Positions 30,899-39,593 of a stretch of DNA of 64,000 bases are shown here, piece after piece. Each line of letters opens with the position of its first letter. Within the stretch, counting starts at the first letter, position 1. The notes under the pieces were generated by a model, which was not told the DNA's origin, searched no databases, and saw only the letters and a program-made list of their open reading frames with translations. The position numbers were made by a program, and so were the translations under genes. Source of the stretch: Candidatus Amesbacteria bacterium (GTDB lineage Bacteria; Patescibacteriota; Microgenomatia; CAZETR01; Amesbacteraceae); the NCBI GenBank assembly GCA_963736875.1, contig CAVTQH010000004.1:187899-251898 (forward strand), read 5' to 3'.

Positions 30899-33178
30899 AT
30901 GATGAAAATGGTGTTTATTAGATCATTTCTCCGCAGTCTGGCAATTCTTGGTGTTTTTCTAATCTTCCCTGCGTCCATCCATGCCGCTACCTACTATGTG
31001 TCCACTACCGGAAGTGATACTAATAGCGGGACTTCCACCTCCAGTCCTTTCAGAACCATACAAACAGCCGCAAACAGGGCAGTTGCCGGTGATATGGTGC
31101 AAGTTATGGCAGGAACTTACTACCAAAAATTTGCTCCGGTTAATTCAGGTACCTCTGCTGCTTATATAACTTATATGCCTTATCCCGGAGCAGGTGTGAT
31201 TTTGGACGGAACAGGTGTTGCTCTGACATCCAGTGGTTATTTGGATGGCCTGGTTCAGATAATTGGAAAAAGTTATATAAAAATCCAGGGGTTTACCATA
31301 AGAAACTCTTCAGTAAACGGGATAAATATCCGTCCTTCGGATAGCGGAGTATGGTCTTCATATATTGAAATAAGTGGAAACACTATTCTAAATACCAGTA
31401 GAGTGGGTATCAAAGCCAACCGGTCGCGGTTTTTAACAGTTAGAAATAACACTATCAGACATGTAGATTATTCATCCGGAATCGGAATTTGGAATTCGGA
31501 AGATATCACTGTTGATAACAATATCATTGATACCCCTCACTGGTATCACGAATGCCAGGGAGGTTATGAGGAGGGTTTATCCATATCTTCAGTGAACCGT
31601 TTTGTGGTCAGCAATAATTTTTTGGATTATAGCGAGACCCCGCCTGCCGGTTATTGCGAAAATGCCCAAAGGCTGGGTATTGATGTCAAAGATAGTTCAC
31701 AAAATGGTACTGTTCATCATAACAATGTAAAGAATTTTGATGCTGCAGGAATATACGTTGACGGATGGCATGCCGGTGCAAATGGCACTCCAACCTTAAA
31801 TCGTGTAAATATTTATCAAAACTTCGTCAGTGACAGTGGTGGAATTACAGTGGGCTGCGAACAATCCGATGGAATAGTGGAATATATAAACATTTATAAC
31901 AATCTGTTAATAAATAACGGATATTGCGCCATTCAAGTAAGAGGGGCTTATGGTAACGGTCTTAGGAAAAACATTAATATTTATAACAACACAATATACG
32001 GTGCCCGCGTTTCCGCAGGAAATGGCGGAGCCGGGATTTATGTAACAACAGAAAATCTGGCCAGCAATAATTCCGATAAGCCGGTAATCATCCGCAATAA
32101 TATTTCCAATTTTTATTTTCTTTCTACCGGCGGCGGAACGGTCGGACAGATCAGGGCGGGAAATTCAACCATGGCAGGTATGGTAGCTGCCGATCACAAT
32201 ATTGTTTATGGACCTCAATCCTGTGCACTCGATTACCTTTCATGTGTTGAATTGGGATCAAGAATATCGGCTTCCCCAACCAGTCTTTTTGTAAATCCTT
32301 CAACTTTTGATCTTCATTTAAAAAGCACTTCACCCGCCATCAATGCCGGTACAAACATAAGTTTATTTACTTCTGATTATGATGGGATTACCCGACCACA
32401 GGGAGCCGCTTATGATATCGGGGCGTTTGAATATACCACGGGAATAGTACCAACTCCGACTCCTACACCAACTCCTGCCCAGACTCTTGCCCCAACCCCG
32501 ACTGCTCCGCCGGCCAACCCCGGAAATATTCTTGTAAACCCGTCTTTTGAAAGCTCCTCCGGTATCTGGTATGACCCTTGGTGGCTTGGTGTAAGTAATG
32601 GCGGCACCGGAACGCTGAACAGGGATACAAGTACTGCGGCTGACGGTGCGATATCCGCCAGGGTAGATGTCCCATCAGTCACTACTAATTGGTATGTGCA
32701 GTTTTTTCAGGATAATTTAGTGATTAACGCCGGCTCAAGTTACGCTATATCCTTCTGGGCTAAATCAGATAAATCTAAGTCCGTAAATTGGGCAGTACAG
32801 AGAGTAGTTTCACCTTATACACAATATATTAGTCCCACGATCAGCCTTACAACTTCATGGCAGAAATACACCCTGGCGTTTAACCCGACCGTATCCGATT
32901 CGAATGTCAAACTGGCTTTTATGTTGGCAGACAATACCGGTTCTACCTGGTTTGACGGATTAAGTTTTGAGGTACTTTCTTCAACTCCCGCCCCCACTCC
33001 TGCTCCAAAACCCGGTGATGCCAACGGGGACGGGTATGTAGACGACTTAGACTTTGCGATCTGGGCCAATAACTACGGCATAACCAATGCCACGGGACCG
33101 GGACAGGGGGATTTTAACCGTGACCACAGAGTTGACGATCTGGACTACACCATCTGGGCGAATAATTATGGGAGATAA
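30899..33178 (+). CDS. Secreted right-handed parallel beta-helix (pectate-lyase-like) protein with CBM4/9/22-like module and C-terminal type-I dockerin-like module
   Basis: Signal peptide. Recurring NNxI/IYNN beta-helix rungs. PT linker. …GNILVNPSFESSSG…WYVQFF…SYAISFWAKS…WFDGLSFE… is CBM_4_9-like. Second PT linker. Dockerin …GDANGDGYVDDLDFAIWANNYG…NRDHRVDDLDYTIWANNYGR. Confidence 0.8.
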   Translation: MMKMVFIRSFLRSLAILGVFLIFPASIHAATYYVSTTGSDTNSGTSTSSPFRTIQTAANRAVAGDMVQVMAGTYYQKFAPVNSGTSAAYITYMPYPGAGVILDGTGVALTSSGYLDGLVQIIGKSYIKIQGFTIRNSSVNGINIRPSDSGVWSSYIEISGNTILNTSRVGIKANRSRFLTVRNNTIRHVDYSSGIGIWNSEDITVDNNIIDTPHWYHECQGGYEEGLSISSVNRFVVSNNFLDYSETPPAGYCENAQRLGIDVKDSSQNGTVHHNNVKNFDAAGIYVDGWHAGANGTPTLNRVNIYQNFVSDSGGITVGCEQSDGIVEYINIYNNLLINNGYCAIQVRGAYGNGLRKNINIYNNTIYGARVSAGNGGAGIYVTTENLASNNSDKPVIIRNNISNFYFLSTGGGTVGQIRAGNSTMAGMVAADHNIVYGPQSCALDYLSCVELGSRISASPTSLFVNPSTFDLHLKSTSPAINAGTNISLFTSDYDGITRPQGAAYDIGAFEYTTGIVPTPTPTPTPAQTLAPTPTAPPANPGNILVNPSFESSSGIWYDPWWLGVSNGGTGTLNRDTSTAADGAISARVDVPSVTTNWYVQFFQDNLVINAGSSYAISFWAKSDKSKSVNWAVQRVVSPYTQYISPTISLTTSWQKYTLAFNPTVSDSNVKLAFMLADNTGSTWFDGLSFEVLSSTPAPTPAPKPGDANGDGYVDDLDFAIWANNYGITNATGPGQGDFNRDHRVDDLDYTIWANNYGR
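33011..33178. repeat. Dockerin-module DNA repeat, copy 2
   Basis: See copy 1. Confidence 0.8.
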
Positions 33179-33180
33179 CC

Positions 33181-33302
33181 AATAAATCCTACGAACTTAC
33201 CCGTGTCTCTCTTCTGTCGGACGAGGTTATAATAACCTGGTGAGAAAACTGATTTTCCATCCTTTAATCTGGATATTTATTTTGGCGTTCTTTCTGCGCA
33301 CC
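33181..33302. repeat. Right copy of the ~122-124 bp direct repeat; contains a 20-codon remnant of a crp-like 3' end (NKSYELTRVSLLSDEVIITW*) and the intact GT39 start
   Basis: Read directly. It begins immediately after the stop of the beta-helix/dockerin gene. Confidence 0.8.
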
Positions 33303-34856
33303 TACCGGCTGTCTTCCCTGCCGCCCGGTTTCCATGTGGATGAAGTCAAAGCCGGCTGGAATGCCTACTCCTTATGGCTTACCGGCCGTGACGACTGGCT
33401 GCACCCCTTTCCTCTGCACTACGACACTTTCGGCGATCAGCGCCCCACAGGTTTGTTTTACGCCATGATTCCCTCGCTTAAAATATTCGGTCTGACTCAG
33501 TTCGCCGTCCGTTTTACTCCCGCCCTTTTCGGTTCGCTGGCCGTATTTGCCGTCTTTTTTCTGACTTTTCTCATAACTCAAAAATCAAAACTTGCCACGC
33601 TGTCTGCCCTGATGCTTGCCGTCTCTCCCTGGCACATCACTCTATCGCGGGCTACCTCCGAAGGAATTGTATCCGTCACCCTGATTCTTTTCGGTTTGTA
33701 TTTTCTCATCCGCAGTCTCAGATCCCGGACTCTATCCCCGCTTGTCCTCTCCGGCATTTTTCTTATCCTGTCATACTTTTTCTATCACACCTCCCGTCTT
33801 CTAGTCCCGGTGTTTGTCATCACAGTCATGACTTACAGCTATATCACTTCAGTCAGACACCGCATTTTTCTCCCCGGTTTAATTTTATTACTCATCCTTT
33901 CTGCCGTTACCTGTTTGTTTCTTCTTTCCCCGGTTGCCCGCAGCCGTCTTTCCCAGGTCTCGGTATTTTCCGATCCGGGAGTTAACTTTGAACTGCAGCG
34001 GTTGCCTTTTGAGGAAGGTCCGAACCGGGTATTTACCGCCCGGGCGTTCCACAATAAAATTCAGGTTTTCACCGGCCGTTTTCTTGATGAATACGCGCAA
34101 TATTTCAGTTCCGGGTTTTACCTCACTGCCGGTGAAGCCAAACCGGTCCGCTATCAGACCGCATCCCGGGGTTTAATCCTTTACATCGAACTTATTTTGA
34201 TATTGGCAGGTCTCACCGCGGTTGCCGGGAAAAAGCTTTCCTGCCTGCCGGTTCTTTTGCTTCTGGTCTCACCCCTGCCCGCTGCCATCACCACCGAGGA
34301 TGCCCCGAACCTGCACCGGGCTCTCTTAATGACCCCTTTTCTCTCAATTTTGGCCGCATCCGGTTTTTGGTACATATATCGGGTCAAACACAGCTTAATA
34401 TTTATCGTAACAGTCCTTTTCCTTCTGGATTTCGTCCACTATACCCATCTCTATCTTGTTCATAATCCAAGACGCGACAATATTACCCTTTCGCGGAATG
34501 CCGGAGTCACGGAACTCATTGAAAAAATTTCCGGTTATCGTCAGGAGTATCCCCGGATTTTTCTGACCAACCGCCCCGATCATCTTTATCCCTGGTATGC
34601 CTTTCTTACTGCCCGGGATCCGCGCGTCTTCAATCAGCTTATTGCCGTAAACAAAAACGCGGAATTTACCTGGGAAGGATTAACTTTCAGCCAGCATCGC
34701 TGCCCTTCGGAATTTTTATCAGCCTACAACCTTCCCCGGGCTTTAGCCGTTGATACCGAAGGCTGCCCGGTTAATACAAGTCTGACGCAGGTTGATTCCG
34801 TTTCCCGTGATAGCGGCGGACACCCGTACACCCTGTGGACGGTCCCCTCACTCTGA
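33240..34856 (+). CDS. Family-39 glycosyltransferase (ArnT/PMT-like, undecaprenyl/dolichyl-phosphate sugar transferase)
   Basis: …GFHVDEVKAGWNAYSL… plus DE motif in the first periplasmic loop, and 11+ TM helices. Confidence 0.85.
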   Translation: MRKLIFHPLIWIFILAFFLRTYRLSSLPPGFHVDEVKAGWNAYSLWLTGRDDWLHPFPLHYDTFGDQRPTGLFYAMIPSLKIFGLTQFAVRFTPALFGSLAVFAVFFLTFLITQKSKLATLSALMLAVSPWHITLSRATSEGIVSVTLILFGLYFLIRSLRSRTLSPLVLSGIFLILSYFFYHTSRLLVPVFVITVMTYSYITSVRHRIFLPGLILLLILSAVTCLFLLSPVARSRLSQVSVFSDPGVNFELQRLPFEEGPNRVFTARAFHNKIQVFTGRFLDEYAQYFSSGFYLTAGEAKPVRYQTASRGLILYIELILILAGLTAVAGKKLSCLPVLLLLVSPLPAAITTEDAPNLHRALLMTPFLSILAASGFWYIYRVKHSLIFIVTVLFLLDFVHYTHLYLVHNPRRDNITLSRNAGVTELIEKISGYRQEYPRIFLTNRPDHLYPWYAFLTARDPRVFNQLIAVNKNAEFTWEGLTFSQHRCPSEFLSAYNLPRALAVDTEGCPVNTSLTQVDSVSRDSGGHPYTLWTVPSL

Positions 34857-34863
34857 CCTCTTA

Positions 34864-35598
34864 CTATTTACTGCCTATCACCACCACCACATCGTACTTG
34901 CTGGTCTCCGGCAGGTCTTTGACCTGGCTCTCAAGAGTATATTTGGCTGCCGTCAAATCCTTTGACAGCTCTTCCAGATATGCTTTCTTGGTTTGTTTAA
35001 TCGAGATTTCCGTCATTTCATAATCCGAGTTTTCAGCATTTCCAATCTCCACCCCGCTGTATCCGGCAGCTTCCAGGACATCACCGGCTTTGGCTGCTAC
35101 CCCCTTGCCGTCAGTTCCGTTCAAAACCTGGATTTTCAAAAGGGATTTGTTGACCGGTTTAACCGTCGGTGTGGGGGATGTTACTGCTTTTGTCGGAGCG
35201 GGTTGGGTAATTGTAGGCTGTACCGCCTTTCCGGAACTGACCGGTTTTGTCTCCCCTCTCCCCCAGACATAATATCCCACCCCGAAACCGGATCCCAATC
35301 CTATCAGAAAAGCGATCACTACAGCCGTGATATTTAAAAGCTTCGAACCGGTTTTCTTTTCCGCCGGTGGTTCAGCGGATGCAGGTTTGACTTCCCCCTG
35401 ATCCACGATTTTTGCCAGATTATCTATCGAAGCTCCCAATCCTTCTGCCGGTTTGACCGGCACACTGGCTTCCGGCTGGTCTTCTACCGCTTCCAGTCTG
35501 ACTCCCATTGGCTTATCCACCAGGACCTCTTCTTTTACTGCTTCCGCATTCACTTCAGGTTTGTCATCCGGTACTACCACCGGAGGATTCACGGTCAC
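34864..35598 (-). CDS. Membrane-anchored LytR_C-domain protein with Pro/Glu-rich N-terminal region
   Basis: Single TM, then C-terminal …KIQVLNGTDGKGVAAKAGDVLEAAGYSGVEIGNAENSDY…KYDVVVVIG (LytR_C). Confidence 0.6.
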   Translation of the reverse strand: MTVNPPVVVPDDKPEVNAEAVKEEVLVDKPMGVRLEAVEDQPEASVPVKPAEGLGASIDNLAKIVDQGEVKPASAEPPAEKKTGSKLLNITAVVIAFLIGLGSGFGVGYYVWGRGETKPVSSGKAVQPTITQPAPTKAVTSPTPTVKPVNKSLLKIQVLNGTDGKGVAAKAGDVLEAAGYSGVEIGNAENSDYEMTEISIKQTKKAYLEELSKDLTAAKYTLESQVKDLPETSKYDVVVVIGSK

Positions 35599-35731
35599 CG
35601 GCTCCTCCGCCGGTTTAATCTTCTGTTTTTTTCACTTCTGCTTTTGGTTTCCTTGGTCTTTTTCTTCATCACTTTATTCTAGCACCTAATAGTGTGCAAA
35701 ATATAGCTGCCACCTGTCAAGACTGAATATT

Positions 35732-36104
35732 TTATGAAATTTTCAAAATTGACTTAACTTTGTTTACAAAGTCATCTACGGAAGTATCCGTCTTGACCAG
35801 GTAGTCGATCGCTCCCAGCTTCATTCCCCTCTCCACATCCTCTTTTTGACCTAAATTGGTGGCAATTAAAACCGGGATGGACTTCCACTTATCATTTTTC
35901 TTAATTTCCTCCAGAGTGGCAAATCCGTCTTTTCTGGGCATCACCAAATCCAGCAAAATTAAGTCGGGAATAAATTCCTTGAGTATGGACCAGCGCTTCT
36001 TCCCCGTCGGCCGCTGTCCTGACTTCAAACCCCATTTTTAAAAGCTTGACTTTGTAGGCACCGGACAAATACTTATCATCTTCAACTACTAATATTTTCT
36101 GCAT
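35732..36104 (-). CDS. Single-domain response regulator, split by an apparent frameshift near 35985-36000
   Basis: ORF 35901..36143 gives MQKILVVEDDKYLSGAYKVKLLKMGFEVRTAADGEEALVHTQ…. ORF 35732..36028 gives …KEFIPDLILLDLVMPRKDGFATLEEIKKND…KT…. Together they make one receiver domain. Confidence 0.55.
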
Positions 36105-36105
36105 G

Positions 36106-36510
36106 CTACTTTTTTTCACCCCCGTTCCCGGAAGTGATTTCATCCACCACTCCCATTAGATCATCCAATCTTGATTCAGCCTTCAACACATACTTTTTTG
36201 CTCCCAAGGCCAGCATCTCCGTCACCCGGTCCTGGGTAGCCGAATTGCTGACCACCATTACCGGGATATTTGCCCACGCCGGATTCTCCTTCAAAGCCAC
36301 CATAAACTTCAACCCGGTCATGTCTTTTAAATAATAATCCAGCCAGATTGCGTCGGGCGGCTGCGCCAGATTATTCATGCAGTCGATTGCCTGCTTCCCT
36401 GACATGCAGGCAATAACTTTTTTTCCGTCAATTTCCAGCTTTTTGGTGATGGCTTTTAAAAGCAACTCCTCGTCTTCCACCACCATCACCGTTATTGTTT
36501 TATTATCCAT
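36106..36510 (-). CDS. Single-domain response regulator (CheY-like)
   Basis: …ITVMVVEDEELLL…DAIWLDYYLKDMTG…VVSNS… receiver features. Confidence 0.8.
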   Translation of the reverse strand: MDNKTITVMVVEDEELLLKAITKKLEIDGKKVIACMSGKQAIDCMNNLAQPPDAIWLDYYLKDMTGLKFMVALKENPAWANIPVMVVSNSATQDRVTEMLALGAKKYVLKAESRLDDLMGVVDEITSGNGGEKK

Positions 36511-36541
36511 ATGAATGCATATCAGGTTATCATATATAAAT

Positions 36542-37895
36542 TCAGGAATCGATAGTTACTTCACCTTTTTTGGGTGGCGTCCCCGATACCGGTAAACTGA
36601 ACCAGAATGTTGTTCCCTTGTTTTCTTCACTGGCAAACCAGATTTTTCCCTTGGAAGAATCAATTATTGCCTTTACCAGATACAATCCCAGTCCTGTCCC
36701 GTCAGCATCCGCTCTTTGGGCATTTTCAGCTCTGAAAAACCTTTCAAACATTTTACCGTAGTCCGCTTTGGGTATTCCGCATCCGTTATCCGTCACCTGG
36801 GAAATAATTTCATCTTCCTTACGCGAAATAAATACCGAAATTTCCCCGTTGGCGGGGGTATATTTTATCGCATTGGACAACAGATTCAGATACACCTGCC
36901 TGATCAATTTGGGATCAACTTTTATTTGCGGCAGTTCCGGATGTACGCTGACCACCATATTTATTTTCTTTTCAATAATTTTCGGATGCAACTCCTTCAA
37001 TATCTGATTTACCAATTCCCCCAAATCCGTAGGTACCGGATCAATTTTTATTCTTCCCGATTCAATCCTGGAAATATTCAGAAGCGAATTCACCAGCTCG
37101 ATCATTCTCTCATTGGATTGGTATAAACATTGGACAAATTCGGTCTGCTCCGGGTTCAATTGACCGGCATCACCCCCGGAAAGCATTTCCGTATACCATT
37201 TAATTGCAGATAGCGGGGTCCTGAGCTGATGCGAAGCCAGAGAAACAAACTCTGTTTTTGCCCTGTCAATTTCTCTTTCCCGGGTGATATCCCGAAATAC
37301 CGCAATTACACCTACCGTCTTCCCGTTTAACAATCACCGGAGCTGCAGTTGTCCCGACGGAAAACTTGGTTCCGTCACGCCGGACATAATAATTGGTGCT
37401 GCTGGCTATCGGTTGTCCCGTAATCAGTACTTTTTGGGTGGCTCTTCTCTCGGCCGGAATCGCGTTTCCCTTTTCATCCGCCAACGGTGCCACTTCAAAC
37501 CATTTTTTACCCACCACTTCTTCATTCTTCCATCCCACCATCATTTCCGCCTGCTTGTTAATCATTTCGACGTTACCGTTTCTGTCAGTCACTACAATTC
37601 CCTCACCCAGACAACCCAACAAGGCAATATCCTTCGCCCGTTTTTCTTCCATCTCTTCCGTCCGTTTTTTCAAAAGATCCCTGCTTATTCTCAGCTGGCC
37701 CAGACTTCTCAGTGTCAATACCGCTAAAGCAACATTAAAAATATTTATTCCCAGTATTATTTCCCAGCTGTACAAGTTCGCGGAGCGATAATACAGGTAA
37801 ACCAGAATCGGAAAAATCACCACTGATAATGCCAGCCACAACCACCCTGACCATATTTTTCGTTCTTTCCCGACTTTTCTCTCCTTTTCCTCCAT
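36542..37895 (-). CDS. PAS-domain sensor histidine kinase, split by an apparent frameshift near 37325-37335
   Basis: N-terminal ORF (37266..37895) has 2 TM plus a PAS domain. C-terminal ORF (36542..37333) has H-box …[17 protein letters not shown]… and HATPase_c. The frames join at …TTAAPV|[18 protein letters not shown]…. Confidence 0.7.
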
Positions 37896-37924
37896 ATTAA
37901 TACCATACCATATCCGCGACCGGC

Positions 37925-38446
37925 TTAATAACCCCTCAATTTACGCCCTTTCCAGATTTTATCCAACCCCAACCATAATGATGTATTTGGAACTCTCTCC
38001 TTTAAGTCTATAGTAAAGTCCGAAATTACCCTCCGGCACCAGTTTTTGGTTTCTTCCGGAGAAATTCCTCTTTCTCCGGCTCTGGCCAAATATACCGCAA
38101 AATTATACAAATCAGCCGCAGACAGGGAAAAATCCAATCCGTGTCTTAAGAGAAAAAAGTGGGTAAATAAAACGGCCATCCGTTTATTACCGTTAGCAAA
38201 AACATGACCGCGTACCAGCTGATTCAAATAGGCGGATGCAGCTTCCAAAACCGACGAATTCAGATACTTCCCGCCGTATGTTTGTCTGACAGATTCGATT
38301 ACTGCCTCGAGTTTCCCCGGATATCGGGTATCAAACGGCGGGATCGGTTCTCCGTACTCTACTCTTTTTCTGAAAATCTCGAAGATACGGCCGCAGATTA
38401 CCGGGTTTAGCCAATGCTTCGGGATTTTTGTAAGCTTTGGTGTCAT
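37925..38446 (-). CDS. Doc (death-on-curing) family toxin, Fic-fold
   Basis: Doc-type motif HxFx(D/N)GNKR is present as …RGHVFANGNKRMAV…. The protein aligns along its length to the phage P1 Doc core. Confidence 0.8.
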   Translation of the reverse strand: MTPKLTKIPKHWLNPVICGRIFEIFRKRVEYGEPIPPFDTRYPGKLEAVIESVRQTYGGKYLNSSVLEAASAYLNQLVRGHVFANGNKRMAVLFTHFFLLRHGLDFSLSAADLYNFAVYLARAGERGISPEETKNWCRRVISDFTIDLKERVPNTSLWLGLDKIWKGRKLRGY

Positions 38447-38576
38447 ACTCCTCTAACCATTTATAGGTATCCCCATACTTCTTCATACTATATTCCACCT
38501 CTTTCAAAACCGAAACATCCCCCGCCATCAGTCGGCGGATAAGATCATTCACTTTCTGCACAATCCTTTTTGCCAT
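38331..38576 (-). CDS. Hypothetical 81-aa protein upstream of doc (possible antitoxin); its 3' 116 nt overlap the doc ORF in another frame
   Basis: The N-terminal ~50 residues look protein-like (MAKRIVQKVNDLIRRLMAGDVSVLKEVEYSMKKYGDTYKWLEEY…). The overlapping tail is Arg-rich and may be read-through caused by an indel. Confidence 0.3.
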   Translation of the reverse strand: MAKRIVQKVNDLIRRLMAGDVSVLKEVEYSMKKYGDTYKWLEEYDTKAYKNPEALAKPGNLRPYLRDFQKKSRVRRTDPAV

Positions 38577-38616
38577 ACGCGTATTGTATCAGAAACACCG
38601 GAACTTTATATCCGCT

Positions 38617-38898
38617 TCAATTAATTACTTTCTTTCCGGTTTGTACCCGGCCTTCGGCCACATCGATTTGTTTACCCAAAGCCTGCAGAAACTTCTTGGC
38701 CTGGCTCCTGCTCATACCGATACGGGAAACTATCCGCCATTGCCGGGTTGTCCCCACTCTCTGACAGATATCCAGAACTATGCCGTCCTCGTTCGAACTG
38801 ATTACAATATTATCGGTATACAAAATCGGTGTGGTATCCAGATTCACATTCAAAGACACCGCATTCAGATCATTATCATTTTTATCCGTTTTATCCAT
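38617..38898 (-). CDS. DUF3467-like small protein
   Basis: …IVISSNEDGIVLDICQRVG…RIVSRIGMSRSQAKKFLQALGKQI… fits the DUF3467 pattern (…HS..EFVLDF… / …SRI.LTP.HAKRLL.AL…). Confidence 0.5.
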   Translation of the reverse strand: MDKTDKNDNDLNAVSLNVNLDTTPILYTDNIVISSNEDGIVLDICQRVGTTRQWRIVSRIGMSRSQAKKFLQALGKQIDVAEGRVQTGKKVIN

Positions 38899-38978
38899 TC
38901 CCTGTCACCTCCTTCCAGTATTTCACACCCCTGAAAATATGAACTGAAGTCTATTGTTTAATTTATTCGATTCTGACA

Positions 38979-39593
38979 TTAATTATTAGTTTTCGACCTT
39001 GCGAATGCTTTTTTAATGGAAATTCCGAGTTTGAACTGCACTAATATTGTGATTATTATACAAACAACAAAAAGGTAAATCGGAAAACCAACACTGGCCA
39101 GAGAGTATTCTTTAATGGCAAATAAGGTGATTACTGCAGAAATTACCGTTGTAAAGTAGGGCCATCCGCTTTCGGTTTCAGGATTATTATATGACTTTAT
39201 AATCGTTGGTAATGAAGCTAATCCGTCAGCAACAATGCTAAATATAATCGCAATACTACCGGATTTTGTTATCTGCCAAAGAATAAGACCAATAATTGAT
39301 AATGCTCCGCAGGATAAATCAAACTTATTCAGTTTCCATTCAGCTTGTTTGTTAAAAAATGAGGCAGTAAATATCAATAGAGGTTCTATTCCCGCAACCA
39401 AAGTAGTAAGTGTCAATAATAATCCGATCCCCTGTTTAATTTGGGCAGCAAATGCGATTAGCGGGGCAAATGACCATAAAAGAAATGATACTTTATTCGG
39501 TTTTACTTTTCCCTTAACAGTATCAATCAAGTAACTCATACCTCCTATGGCTACGATTACTGAACCGAGAATTGTAAATCGTTCGTCAATCAT
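38979..39593 (-). CDS. Integral membrane protein (about 6 TM), unknown function
   Basis: Hydrophobic 204-aa ORF, 4-nt overlap with rarA. Confidence 0.5.
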   Translation of the reverse strand: MIDERFTILGSVIVAIGGMSYLIDTVKGKVKPNKVSFLLWSFAPLIAFAAQIKQGIGLLLTLTTLVAGIEPLLIFTASFFNKQAEWKLNKFDLSCGALSIIGLILWQITKSGSIAIIFSIVADGLASLPTIIKSYNNPETESGWPYFTTVISAVITLFAIKEYSLASVGFPIYLFVVCIIITILVQFKLGISIKKAFARSKTNN

